This document shows, piece after piece, positions 55,760 through 64,000 of a stretch of 64,000 nt of DNA. The DNA lies in contig JAZUAM010000020.1 of assembly GCA_045637985.1 (NCBI GenBank), positions 184 through 64,183 on the forward strand, written 5' to 3'. The translations under genes and the position numbers were made by a program. Source of the stretch: Alphaproteobacteria bacterium (GTDB lineage: Bacteria; Pseudomonadota; Alphaproteobacteria; RF32; CAG-239). The first letter of the stretch is position 1. Each line of letters opens with the position of its first letter. The notes under the pieces were generated by a model that did not search any database, was not told the DNA's origin, and worked only from the letters and a program-made list of their open reading frames with translations.

Positions 55760-56968
55760 ATGGAATATAAAACAATAGATGATTTGGGCGATTTAAACGG
55801 CAAAGTTGTTATGTTGCGTGCTGATTTAAACGTACCTATGAACGAAAAGTTCGAAGTAACCAACACCGCCCGTATTGATCGTACGGTTCCGACTATCAAA
55901 GAATTAATGTCTAAAGGTGCCAAGGTTGTTGTTACGTCTCACTTAGGTCGCCCCGAAGGCAAAGGTGATATGGCTAATTCTTTGACTCATATTGTTAAAG
56001 ACTTGGAAAAAGCTTTGGGTAAACACGTTGTGTTTGTTGCTGATTGTATCGGACCTGAAGTTGAAACTGCAATCAAAAATATGTCTGCTGACGAAGTTTT
56101 GTTGCTTGAAAATCTTCGTTTTTACAAAGAAGAAAAGAAAGGCGATGAAAACTTTGCCAAAAAATTAGTTGCTCATGTCGATGCGTATGTAACTGATGCT
56201 TTTTCAACAGCTCACCGTGACCATGCTTCTATGGTTGCCGCTGTTAAAATGCGCCCGTCAGCTTTTGGTCGTTTAATGGAAGAAGAAGTCAATGCATTAT
56301 CACAAGGTCTTAACGATCCGAAACGTCCGTTGATTGCTATTGTCGGAGGTTCAAAAGTTTCTACTAAATTGGATTTGTTAAACAACTTGGTTAAAAAGGT
56401 TGACAAATTGGTAATTTCCGGCGGTATGGCTCATACATTTATGAAAGCCAGCGGAATTGACACTGTTAATGAAGCAAACTCTTTAGTTCAAATGGATATG
56501 CTTGACACAGCCAAAGAAATTATGGCAACAGCCCAAGCAAACAATTGTAAAATTGTATTGCCTGTTGATGTTGTTGTTTCCAAAGAATTTAAGCCTATGG
56601 CCGAACACAAAACCGTATCCTTAGACGAAATTCCGGCTGAAGGATGGAGCTTGTTGGATGTTGGCGCCAAAACTATTACAGCAATCAATGCTGAGTTAGA
56701 TGAATGCAAAACCCTTGTTTGGAACGGACCTTTAGGTGTATTTGAAATGAAACCTTTTGATACAGCTACTAATGCCGTTGCCGAACATGCTGCAGAGTTA
56801 ACTCAAGCAGGCAAATTGATGTCTGTTGCCGGTGGTGGAGATACTGTTTCCGCTTTGGCTAATGCCGGTGTAGAAAAGAAATTTTCTTACATTTCAACGG
56901 CTGGCGGTGCTTTCCTTGAATGGATGGAAGGTAAAGAATTACCGGGTGTTGTTGTTTTGAAAAAATAA
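55760..56968 (+). CDS. pgk: Phosphoglycerate kinase
   Basis: The ATG at 55760 gives MEYKTIDDLGDLNGKVVMLRADLNVP. TSHLGRP and GGGDT motifs are present. Confidence 0.95.
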   Translation: MEYKTIDDLGDLNGKVVMLRADLNVPMNEKFEVTNTARIDRTVPTIKELMSKGAKVVVTSHLGRPEGKGDMANSLTHIVKDLEKALGKHVVFVADCIGPEVETAIKNMSADEVLLLENLRFYKEEKKGDENFAKKLVAHVDAYVTDAFSTAHRDHASMVAAVKMRPSAFGRLMEEEVNALSQGLNDPKRPLIAIVGGSKVSTKLDLLNNLVKKVDKLVISGGMAHTFMKASGIDTVNEANSLVQMDMLDTAKEIMATAQANNCKIVLPVDVVVSKEFKPMAEHKTVSLDEIPAEGWSLLDVGAKTITAINAELDECKTLVWNGPLGVFEMKPFDTATNAVAEHAAELTQAGKLMSVAGGGDTVSALANAGVEKKFSYISTAGGAFLEWMEGKELPGVVVLKK

Positions 56969-56987
56969 TCAATACTCTATTTGCATT

Positions 56988-57025
56988 AAAAAGCCTCGCT
57001 TTATTAAAAGTGAGGCTTTTTACAA
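56988..57025 (+). terminator. pgk terminator
   Basis: The hairpin aaaaagcctc-gctttattaaaagt-gaggcttttt is present. Confidence 0.75.
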
Positions 57026-57110
57026 TTTTTTAAAAAAATAGACAAAAGAGGTTGGTTTACCCCTCGAAATATGATATTTTGTCCAAAAATTTATTTTTTG
57101 GGGAATACAT

Positions 57111-58382
57111 ATGAACATCAGAAAATATATAGACTATATGAAATCTATCCGCGGAGACAGAAGTTTTGCCTTTCTTGCCGAACGTTGTGAAACGTCTCCG
57201 GAGAATCCTTACCGCATTCGTCCGACAGGTAAAATAGGTCCTGACGAAGTTCTTGTATGTATGCTTTGTGGTTCAAGCAATGACAATGGAGATTATATAA
57301 GAGAATATAACGGATATTTAAAACAAGTTGACGAATTTGTTAAATCTTCTCCAAAATTAAAGGACAAAAAAGTAAGAGTATGTGTAGCTATATGCAATTT
57401 TGGCAAATATCATGATACCGATATGGCACGTTATCTTCAACACATAAAACACAGCAATCCGCAAGAATACACATCAATAATCGACAGTATGTTGCCTGAA
57501 ACAAAAGAGGAAATGACCAATCCGGCCTATATTCAAGATATTTTTGATGCAACAATAAAGCCTCGTATTTCTCACAACGATACAATTCGCCAAAGTCAAG
57601 GTCGCGCATTGCGCAATATGCGCCGTCTTAATTTTGTAACTCACTGTCATGGAGCTTTTACAGCTATAGAATTGGAAGATAAGATATTGTCCACGACTAA
57701 GGCTTTAGGTTTTTCACCTAAAGAACAAGATCAGATTTTTGCAAATCAAATGATATTAAATTTTAGTCCCGAAGGTGCAAAAAATCATTCTCGTTCCAAA
57801 TTTATTACCATCCAATCAGCATCAGATACTCACAATCCTCATACCAATTTTATGGAAGAATATCTGCTTATGCGGCCGAGAGATTTCGGTTTTATGTATT
57901 ATTCGTCAAAAAATATCAATACGCTGATGTGCGCTCAAGTCGATAAAGCCGGAATCGAAGGCAATCCGCCACGTGTATATATTGCCAGACCAATTGAAGA
58001 AGTTATGGAAGAGGCCGCCCGTGCAAGAGCTGATGCTATCAAAAATGAAACCAAAGAACCGGAAGAAGAAAAATATGTCGGTGAACATTCTTTTATGGGC
58101 TTTACTCCCAAACCGAATATGAGCCAAGGAGCAATCAAAATACAAAAACTTGCCGGCAATATTTTGGAAAATGCAGTTTATAATTCAACCGAACAAACTA
58201 TTGAAGAATTTGTACCACTACCATCATTTATGAATTTGGCGGCCAACGACAGAAACGAACGTTTCGAAATTGCCAAAGCTTATCTTAAGGGGTGGCAAAT
58301 TACCGGAGAATTGATGATTACCAGTTCTAAAAAGGTTGCTGCTCATAATGCACATCGTAGAAGATATACTGTCGAATTATAA
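57111..58382 (+). CDS. Orphan hypothetical protein (423 aa)
   Basis: This is a clean ORF with host-like AT-rich composition and no signal peptide or TM segment. The segment RRLNFVTHCHGAFTAIE resembles a nucleophile elbow with Cys. Confidence 0.6.
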   Translation: MNIRKYIDYMKSIRGDRSFAFLAERCETSPENPYRIRPTGKIGPDEVLVCMLCGSSNDNGDYIREYNGYLKQVDEFVKSSPKLKDKKVRVCVAICNFGKYHDTDMARYLQHIKHSNPQEYTSIIDSMLPETKEEMTNPAYIQDIFDATIKPRISHNDTIRQSQGRALRNMRRLNFVTHCHGAFTAIELEDKILSTTKALGFSPKEQDQIFANQMILNFSPEGAKNHSRSKFITIQSASDTHNPHTNFMEEYLLMRPRDFGFMYYSSKNINTLMCAQVDKAGIEGNPPRVYIARPIEEVMEEAARARADAIKNETKEPEEEKYVGEHSFMGFTPKPNMSQGAIKIQKLAGNILENAVYNSTEQTIEEFVPLPSFMNLAANDRNERFEIAKAYLKGWQITGELMITSSKKVAAHNAHRRRYTVEL

Positions 58383-58630
58383 TATAGTTATTTAGTATAA
58401 TCCATATTCAAAATCCGCTAATTGAAAACTATATCAAAATTGTTCATGATGGTGGCAATAATAAGTCAGTTTATTTTATTTTCAGAAAAAACTTTCTTTC
58501 GCCAAGATGAGTGAACAATATAGAAGTTCCTTATTACTCTAACAAATGAAATTAGAGCAATTGGCAAAAGAAAATTTTTTTCAGCTGCTTTTTTGACATT
58601 TCATAAAAAAAGAGATAGGAATTTTTAGGA

Positions 58631-58662
58631 AGGAAGTCTTTTTATAAGGCTTCCTTTTTTTT
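58631..58662 (+). terminator. Orphan rho-independent terminator in the 416-bp spacer
   Basis: The hairpin aggaagtc-tttttataa-ggcttcct has an 8-bp stem including one G-U pair and is followed by TTTTTTT. It lies 250 nt after the preceding stop codon. Confidence 0.55.
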
Positions 58663-58798
58663 AATTTTTTATCAATAATTGTGTAATAAAATCGGATGTA
58701 ACAAATATTTAACCATATTTTAGACAAAAATGTTTTGTTTTTTATCTAAAATGTGCTATCATATATAAAAGTTAACCCTAATAATAAGGTTTGATCCG

Positions 58799-61345
58799 AT
58801 GGCAGATACCGAAAATACTCCTCAGTTTTTTATGTTTACTACCCGAAAAAAGGTCGAAAGAGAAAAACGTTTCGAAAACTTAAAAAAACGTTTCACTATG
58901 ACGCAGATTTTGAAATATTTAAATGGTAGCGAAGACATTGAAGAGGGAACCGAAGAGGAAATAGCCGCTCGTATTGAACGTAGCATTATGCTTGAAAATG
59001 CGGCTCTTGTGGCCGCAGCAAATACGGAAGATGCTGAAAAGAAGAAAGCTTATGAAGAAAAACTTAAAGCAGAAGGAGACGATAGAAGTAAGGGGATTTT
59101 TGAAGACTATTTTGAGGCATTAGAAGAATGGAAAAAACAAGAGAATGATTATGAAGAATTCGTGCAAGAAAAGGAGCGATTAAATCGAGAAGATCCTAAT
59201 AATACTCAAGCACGATTAACCAATATGGATAATCATAAAGCATCAATAGATGCAAAGAATAAATATGATGATGAGTTAAAAGACTACTTGGGGTGGCAAT
59301 ATGAACTTAGCGAGTTATCTCCGTCGGGACAAGCTACAAGATTTATAGATACCGGTCTGATAAAAACATACAAAGACATTAAGGATATGCACGATGGAGA
59401 AGATAAAAAGAAACTTTCCGGCCAATTTAATCAAATATTTGAAGAATACTTAAATGATGAAAAATTCCGTCCGGCAGCAGATAGTAGTACTGGAAAAGAA
59501 ATAAATAAACACAGTTTTTCATTAGCTGAAGACAAGAATAAAGGCCAAAAATATATACGCCACACTATTACAAATCTTGATAATACCGGTCTTAACTTAG
59601 CCATGTTAGCTGATGGTATTGATATTACTTATCATACCGACCCAATGACCGAAGGTCAATTAAAAGCTTTGGCTCAATATTGTTATCATCACAACTTAAA
59701 AATTGAAGATTTTCTCAAACTTCGCGATGTTAATGTAGAGGATGAAATTGGTAATCCTATAGGAACTGTTCCGGAACAATTTGACGAAAAGACCAAAGAG
59801 CTTGAAGCAAACGGTGGTGAATACAAAAAAGAAAACAATATCAAAATAAACGAAGAAGAACATGCCCGTGTCAAATCAGATGTGTTAAAAGATAATGAAA
59901 TTATAAGTTTTGGAGCTTACGATCCTAACGAGCCAAGTCCTAAAGATGCTATTGGTGTTCGTTCCAAAATGGTTGATAAAGCGATGGCACGTCTTGGTAT
60001 TATAGGATATCCTAATCCGGCTTTGATGAATGTTTCTCACGGAATGAATTCTACTATCATCAGCGTATACAACAATGAAAACGATAAATTGGTAGACGGA
60101 CAAACCGATAAAGATGGCAAACGTCAACATACTAAAGCATTTGCTGTAGAATTGCTTCCGACAACTCCGCCGTCTGCCAAATTTTATATTCCGGCAACAA
60201 AAGATTTTAATGACAAGCATGCTCGTGTTATATTAGAAAGTTTCAAAGCTTGTGGAAGTGAATACTTTACAATCCCTAATGCTAACGAAATTGGCGGTCC
60301 GGCCTTCGGTCATTTTATGACCGCCGCCGGTAAAGCTTTGATGGTTCCTATGTGCAAACGTGGCAAAAATCAGCCGGGTGTTGATCTTGATAATGACCAT
60401 ATTGCTGCCATATTAGAAGTTATTAAAAAAGAAAACAAATTTGATGCGGATAAAGTCATCCAATTTAAACAAAAATTGTTGCGTGAACTGGAAGCTCAAG
60501 AAAACGGACGGGTACAAGACAATAATGCAGAAATAGAAAAAGCCGACAAAGAAGGTAAAACTAAACCGAAAAAATACAAAACCAATTCAACCCTTAGGAC
60601 TACCATGGCAACAATTGAAGGTGATATCAGGTTTGGCAAATTTCGTAGTTCATATCTCGGACAACTACAAAAGTTTGTTAACGAAGGTATTGCAAACGGT
60701 TATGGTAATCCTCCGCAAAAATGGGATGGTGTTGACAGAGCAGCGGCCTGTCTTGCAATGTTAGATATTGCTAAGCAATTAGCCAAAGGATCTCTTGATG
60801 GCAAAAAATTTGATCCTCTTGATAAAGAGGGGAAAAATTTTAAACTTTTGCAGACAGAACTCGCAAAACGTATGGCTGTACATAAGCCTAATATTGTTGA
60901 AGATATTAAAGAAAGATTTGTAACCGTTAACAAAGAAGACACCAAAGAATCAAAATGGCAACAATCTGCTCGTGCAATTTTCAGCGAAGCCGAAAATAAA
61001 ATGCGAGAATATTATACAAATGATTTGAATGACGAGTTCGGAATCGAAAAAATGGTACCTTCATTCAACAAGATAGATTTGTATGATATGGACAAATACA
61101 AAAACGGTATTCCGCCAACCCAATTTGGTAATGAGGCTTTAGATAATGCACACAATAACTCAACCAAAGAAGAAAGATCTTTTGATATAACTCAAGATTC
61201 TCGTGAAAAACAAGAACAAAGAGAATTTTTCAAAGCAAGAGAAGAGGCGAGAGAGAAAGGACGAACTCTAAGTCTTGAAGAATGGCGCAAACAAAAAGCC
61301 AGAGAACAGGCCGCACGGGCAGCCCAAACAAGTAGGAGCTATTAA
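58799..61345 (+). CDS. Orphan large hypothetical protein (848 aa), charged coiled-coil termini
   Basis: This is a clean ORF with host-like composition. Both termini are K/E-rich, and the last ~60 aa are strongly basic/charged. It has no P-loop, signal peptide or TM segment. Confidence 0.6.
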   Translation: MADTENTPQFFMFTTRKKVEREKRFENLKKRFTMTQILKYLNGSEDIEEGTEEEIAARIERSIMLENAALVAAANTEDAEKKKAYEEKLKAEGDDRSKGIFEDYFEALEEWKKQENDYEEFVQEKERLNREDPNNTQARLTNMDNHKASIDAKNKYDDELKDYLGWQYELSELSPSGQATRFIDTGLIKTYKDIKDMHDGEDKKKLSGQFNQIFEEYLNDEKFRPAADSSTGKEINKHSFSLAEDKNKGQKYIRHTITNLDNTGLNLAMLADGIDITYHTDPMTEGQLKALAQYCYHHNLKIEDFLKLRDVNVEDEIGNPIGTVPEQFDEKTKELEANGGEYKKENNIKINEEEHARVKSDVLKDNEIISFGAYDPNEPSPKDAIGVRSKMVDKAMARLGIIGYPNPALMNVSHGMNSTIISVYNNENDKLVDGQTDKDGKRQHTKAFAVELLPTTPPSAKFYIPATKDFNDKHARVILESFKACGSEYFTIPNANEIGGPAFGHFMTAAGKALMVPMCKRGKNQPGVDLDNDHIAAILEVIKKENKFDADKVIQFKQKLLRELEAQENGRVQDNNAEIEKADKEGKTKPKKYKTNSTLRTTMATIEGDIRFGKFRSSYLGQLQKFVNEGIANGYGNPPQKWDGVDRAAACLAMLDIAKQLAKGSLDGKKFDPLDKEGKNFKLLQTELAKRMAVHKPNIVEDIKERFVTVNKEDTKESKWQQSARAIFSEAENKMREYYTNDLNDEFGIEKMVPSFNKIDLYDMDKYKNGIPPTQFGNEALDNAHNNSTKEERSFDITQDSREKQEQREFFKAREEAREKGRTLSLEEWRKQKAREQAARAAQTSRSY

Positions 61346-61357
61346 AACTACATTTAC

Positions 61358-61394
61358 AAAAAATCCCCTTACAGGTAACTGTGAGGGGATTTTG
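61358..61394. terminator. Bidirectional terminator (orphan 848-aa gene / glgP)
   Basis: The hairpin aatccccttaca-ggtaac-tgtgaggggatt has a 12-bp stem with one G-U pair, with an A-run on the left and a T-run on the right. Confidence 0.8.
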
Positions 61395-61411
61395 GTTTGC
61401 CACACACCATG

Positions 61412-63889
61412 CTAACAAGGCTTAATATTCCAAATCCTTTTTGCATATTCACTGATAGATCTGTCAGAAGAAAATTTTCCGATTCTCGCAACATTAAGAA
61501 TAGCTTTTTTGTTCCAAACATCCCTGTTAAGAAAATCTTTCTCGACTTCTTCCATTTTCTTATCAAAGGCTTCCAAATCAGCTAAAACAAAGTAATAATC
61601 ACGATTTATCAGTTCTTCAAAAATCGGCTTAAACAATAACACAAAATCTTTTTCACAGAACATATTTGAATTAATCGCATTCATAATACGTTTGATATAA
61701 TTATTGCTTTCATAAATACCGCGAGGATTGTAATTGTTGCGACGAGCCTGTACTTCTTGTTCGGTCAAACCGAATAAATAGAAATTATCCTCGCCGACTT
61801 CTTCACGTATTTCAATATTTGCTCCATCCAGTGTTCCGAGCGTCAAAGCTCCGTTCAGAGCAAACTTCATATTTCCGGTACCGGAAGCCTCAAAACCTGC
61901 TGTTGATGATTGAATACTCAAATCAGCCGCCGGTATCAAAACTTCTGCCAACGAAACTTTATAATCAGGCAAAAATACTACTTTAAGCATATCATTAACA
62001 CGAGGATCATTATTAACAACATCTGCAACATTATTTATCAACTTGATAATCAATTTTGCAAAATTGTATGAAGGTGCAGCTTTTCCGGCAAAAATATACG
62101 TCTTAGCAACAGCCGGTTTTTTATTGTCCTTTATAATATCCAAGTAATCACCGATAACTTGCAAAATAGTCATCAGTTGACGTTTGTATTCATGAATACG
62201 TTTAGCATGAACAATAAACATACTTTCAGGATTAACAATAACACCGGTTGTTTTTTGAATAATCTTAGTCAATCTTTGTTTATTAGCGACCTTAACCTCA
62301 TCAAAAGTTTTAACAAAATTTTTGTCTTTAACAAATGGTTCCAGCTTTTTCAACTCTTCCAGATTAATAACCCAATCATTACCTATTTTAGAATTAATCA
62401 ATGATGTCAAAGCAGTATTTGCATGCAACAACCAACGACGAGGAGTAATACCGTTTGTAACATTGGTAAATTTCTCCGGCCACAATTCATAAAATTCCGG
62501 TACAAGTTTAGAGGTTATCAGGTTAGAGTGAATTTGTGCAACACCATTAACCGAGAACGAACCGACAATCGACAGATTAGCCATTCTGATTATTTGGTTA
62601 TCACCTGTTCCCGAAACAATAGAAACCTTACTCAGTTTAGCTTCATTTTCACCAAATTTAGATCGTGCAAATTCCATAAATCGCCTGTTTATTTCATATA
62701 TAATTTGCAAGTGGCGCGGCAACATTCTGCCGATAATTCTGGCAGGCCATGTTTCTAATGCTTCCGGCAACAATGTATGGTTTGTATAAGCAAAACATTT
62801 TGTCGTAATATCCCATGCATCGTCCCATTCTTGCCCATGCACATCCACCAAGATTCTCATCATTTCGGCAATCGCAATTGCCGGATGGGTGTCATTGAGC
62901 TGAATAACGACTTTATCCGGCAATTTTTGAAAATCATCGCTCTTTTCCAAAAAGCGTCTGACAATATCTTGTATTGCACATGAAACAAAGAAATATTGTT
63001 GTTTTAAACGAAGCTCTTTTCCGGATTCTACGGCATCAGACGGATACAATACCTTTGAAATTGTTTCCGTTTCAATTTTTTCTTTCATTGCTTCAATATA
63101 ACCGCCGTCGTTAAACACATTAATGTCTAACTCATCATCGGTTTTTGCAGAAAATAAGCGCAAATAGTTAACCGATTTTCCTTTATAGCCGACAATCGGA
63201 AAATCGAAAGGAACACCGTAAATTGTTTTGGTGTTCATCCACAAAAAGTCTTTTGTTCCATCTGCATTATCCAAAACTTCAACATTTCCGTATATAGGAA
63301 TTTTAACAATTCGGTCTCTTCTTGCAAACTGCCACGGCGATTCTTCACCCTGCCAAGAATCTGCTTGTTCGATTTGATATCCGTTTTCGAATTTCTGTTT
63401 AAACAATCCGAACTTATAGTTTATACCATAACCGAAACCGGCCAAACCGAGTGATGCCATTGAATCCAAAAAGCAAGCGGCCAATCGTCCTAATCCTCCG
63501 TTACCCAAAGCCGGATCATATTCGGTATCAAATATTTCTTGCAGATTCAAATCCGGAAAACCGTCTATTTTAATATCTTTCAAAATATCAAACAAACCCA
63601 ACGAATGCAGATTATTTTCAAGCGAACGCCCAAGCAAATATTCAATCGACAAATAATAAACACGTTTTGAATTACATTTGTTATAACGAGCGATAGACTG
63701 ATACATTTTATCCATGGCAAATTCTCTGACAGCCAATGCAATAGCTTCCAAAGCTTCGTCTTTAGTAACTTCACATACCCGTTTGCCGATAAAATACTGA
63801 ATATAATGTTCAATTGAAAACTTCAATCTGGCTTTATCAATTTCGCTGATAATAACTGATTTCTGTTTCACGGTCATCACTCCCCCCAT
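61412..63889 (-). CDS. glgP: Glycogen/alpha-glucan phosphorylase
   Basis: It has the signature EASGTGNMKFALNGALTLGTLDGANIEI (PLP lysine region) and is ~820 aa. The start is either 63889 or 63877 (MTVKQ), the latter preceded by GGGGGAG. Confidence 0.95.
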   Translation of the reverse strand: MGGVMTVKQKSVIISEIDKARLKFSIEHYIQYFIGKRVCEVTKDEALEAIALAVREFAMDKMYQSIARYNKCNSKRVYYLSIEYLLGRSLENNLHSLGLFDILKDIKIDGFPDLNLQEIFDTEYDPALGNGGLGRLAACFLDSMASLGLAGFGYGINYKFGLFKQKFENGYQIEQADSWQGEESPWQFARRDRIVKIPIYGNVEVLDNADGTKDFLWMNTKTIYGVPFDFPIVGYKGKSVNYLRLFSAKTDDELDINVFNDGGYIEAMKEKIETETISKVLYPSDAVESGKELRLKQQYFFVSCAIQDIVRRFLEKSDDFQKLPDKVVIQLNDTHPAIAIAEMMRILVDVHGQEWDDAWDITTKCFAYTNHTLLPEALETWPARIIGRMLPRHLQIIYEINRRFMEFARSKFGENEAKLSKVSIVSGTGDNQIIRMANLSIVGSFSVNGVAQIHSNLITSKLVPEFYELWPEKFTNVTNGITPRRWLLHANTALTSLINSKIGNDWVINLEELKKLEPFVKDKNFVKTFDEVKVANKQRLTKIIQKTTGVIVNPESMFIVHAKRIHEYKRQLMTILQVIGDYLDIIKDNKKPAVAKTYIFAGKAAPSYNFAKLIIKLINNVADVVNNDPRVNDMLKVVFLPDYKVSLAEVLIPAADLSIQSSTAGFEASGTGNMKFALNGALTLGTLDGANIEIREEVGEDNFYLFGLTEQEVQARRNNYNPRGIYESNNYIKRIMNAINSNMFCEKDFVLLFKPIFEELINRDYYFVLADLEAFDKKMEEVEKDFLNRDVWNKKAILNVARIGKFSSDRSISEYAKRIWNIKPC

Positions 63890-64000
63890 AAAAATTATAA
63901 TATACCAAGTTATCCCAAGTCTATTTCCAATTGTTTGAGATATAGTTAATAAGCTACATCTTTTTTAGGGTAAAAAAGTAAAAAAAATCACAATTTTTTA

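Noticed and set aside
57424-57440. TGGCAC inside the 423-aa gene.
   Set aside because: It lies within coding sequence, and the -12 position reads CTTC rather than TTGC. This is a chance hexamer.
58446-58600. Short ORFs (22, 11 and 16 codons) in the 58383-58798 spacer as small proteins.
   Set aside because: They have no Shine-Dalgarno sequences and no recognisable peptide features. ORFs this short are expected by chance. This is kept only as a possibility under the spacer finding.

Overview
This is a visibly AT-rich, densely coding bacterial chromosomal segment. I found no rRNA, tRNA, CRISPR array, transposase, integrase or recognisable defence gene by eye. The gene content is FlbD, FlbT, a DUF1013/TrcR-like protein, a ZauP-like/ZapA pair and alphaproteobacterial-type flagellins. 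This suggests a low-GC flagellated alphaproteobacterium, but the taxon is inference only.

Layout:
- 1-3.7 kb: three paralogous secreted tail-collar-like proteins. Two are divergently arranged around a ~0.5 kb spacer flanked by inverted copies of a 36-bp palindromic site.
- 3.9-14.7 kb: flagellar block A, fliF-fliG-fliH-fliN-flbD-flhA-flhG, plus two translationally coupled unknown genes.
- 14.7-29 kb: housekeeping genes (ymdB, candidate 6S RNA, zapA, efp, suhB, rpmE, alr, tatD, tcdA, an ABC-F ATPase) and an orphan PilT/VirB11-type ATPase.
- 29.1-34.3 kb: flagellar block B, flbT plus three tandem flagellins and a Sel1-repeat protein.
- accBC.
- 36.3-40.9 kb: flagellar block C, a consensus sigma54 promoter followed by fliK-flgD-flgE.
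- 40.9-44.6 kb: start of the dcw cluster (mraZ-rsmH-ftsL-ftsI) with an MraZ-type triple repeat operator.
- 45.0-45.8 kb: a compositionally foreign orphan gene next to RNase P RNA.
- lpxC, bamD, recN, gltX, argS, gap, pgk.
- 57.1-61.3 kb: two large orphan proteins.
- glgP.

The leads I rank highest are the tail-collar paralogue array with its candidate invertible promoter segment, the two unknown genes coupled to flhA-flhG, the foreign orphan gene beside rnpB, and the orphan pair between pgk and glgP. All folds, alignments and motif matches were done by eye. No database search was possible.
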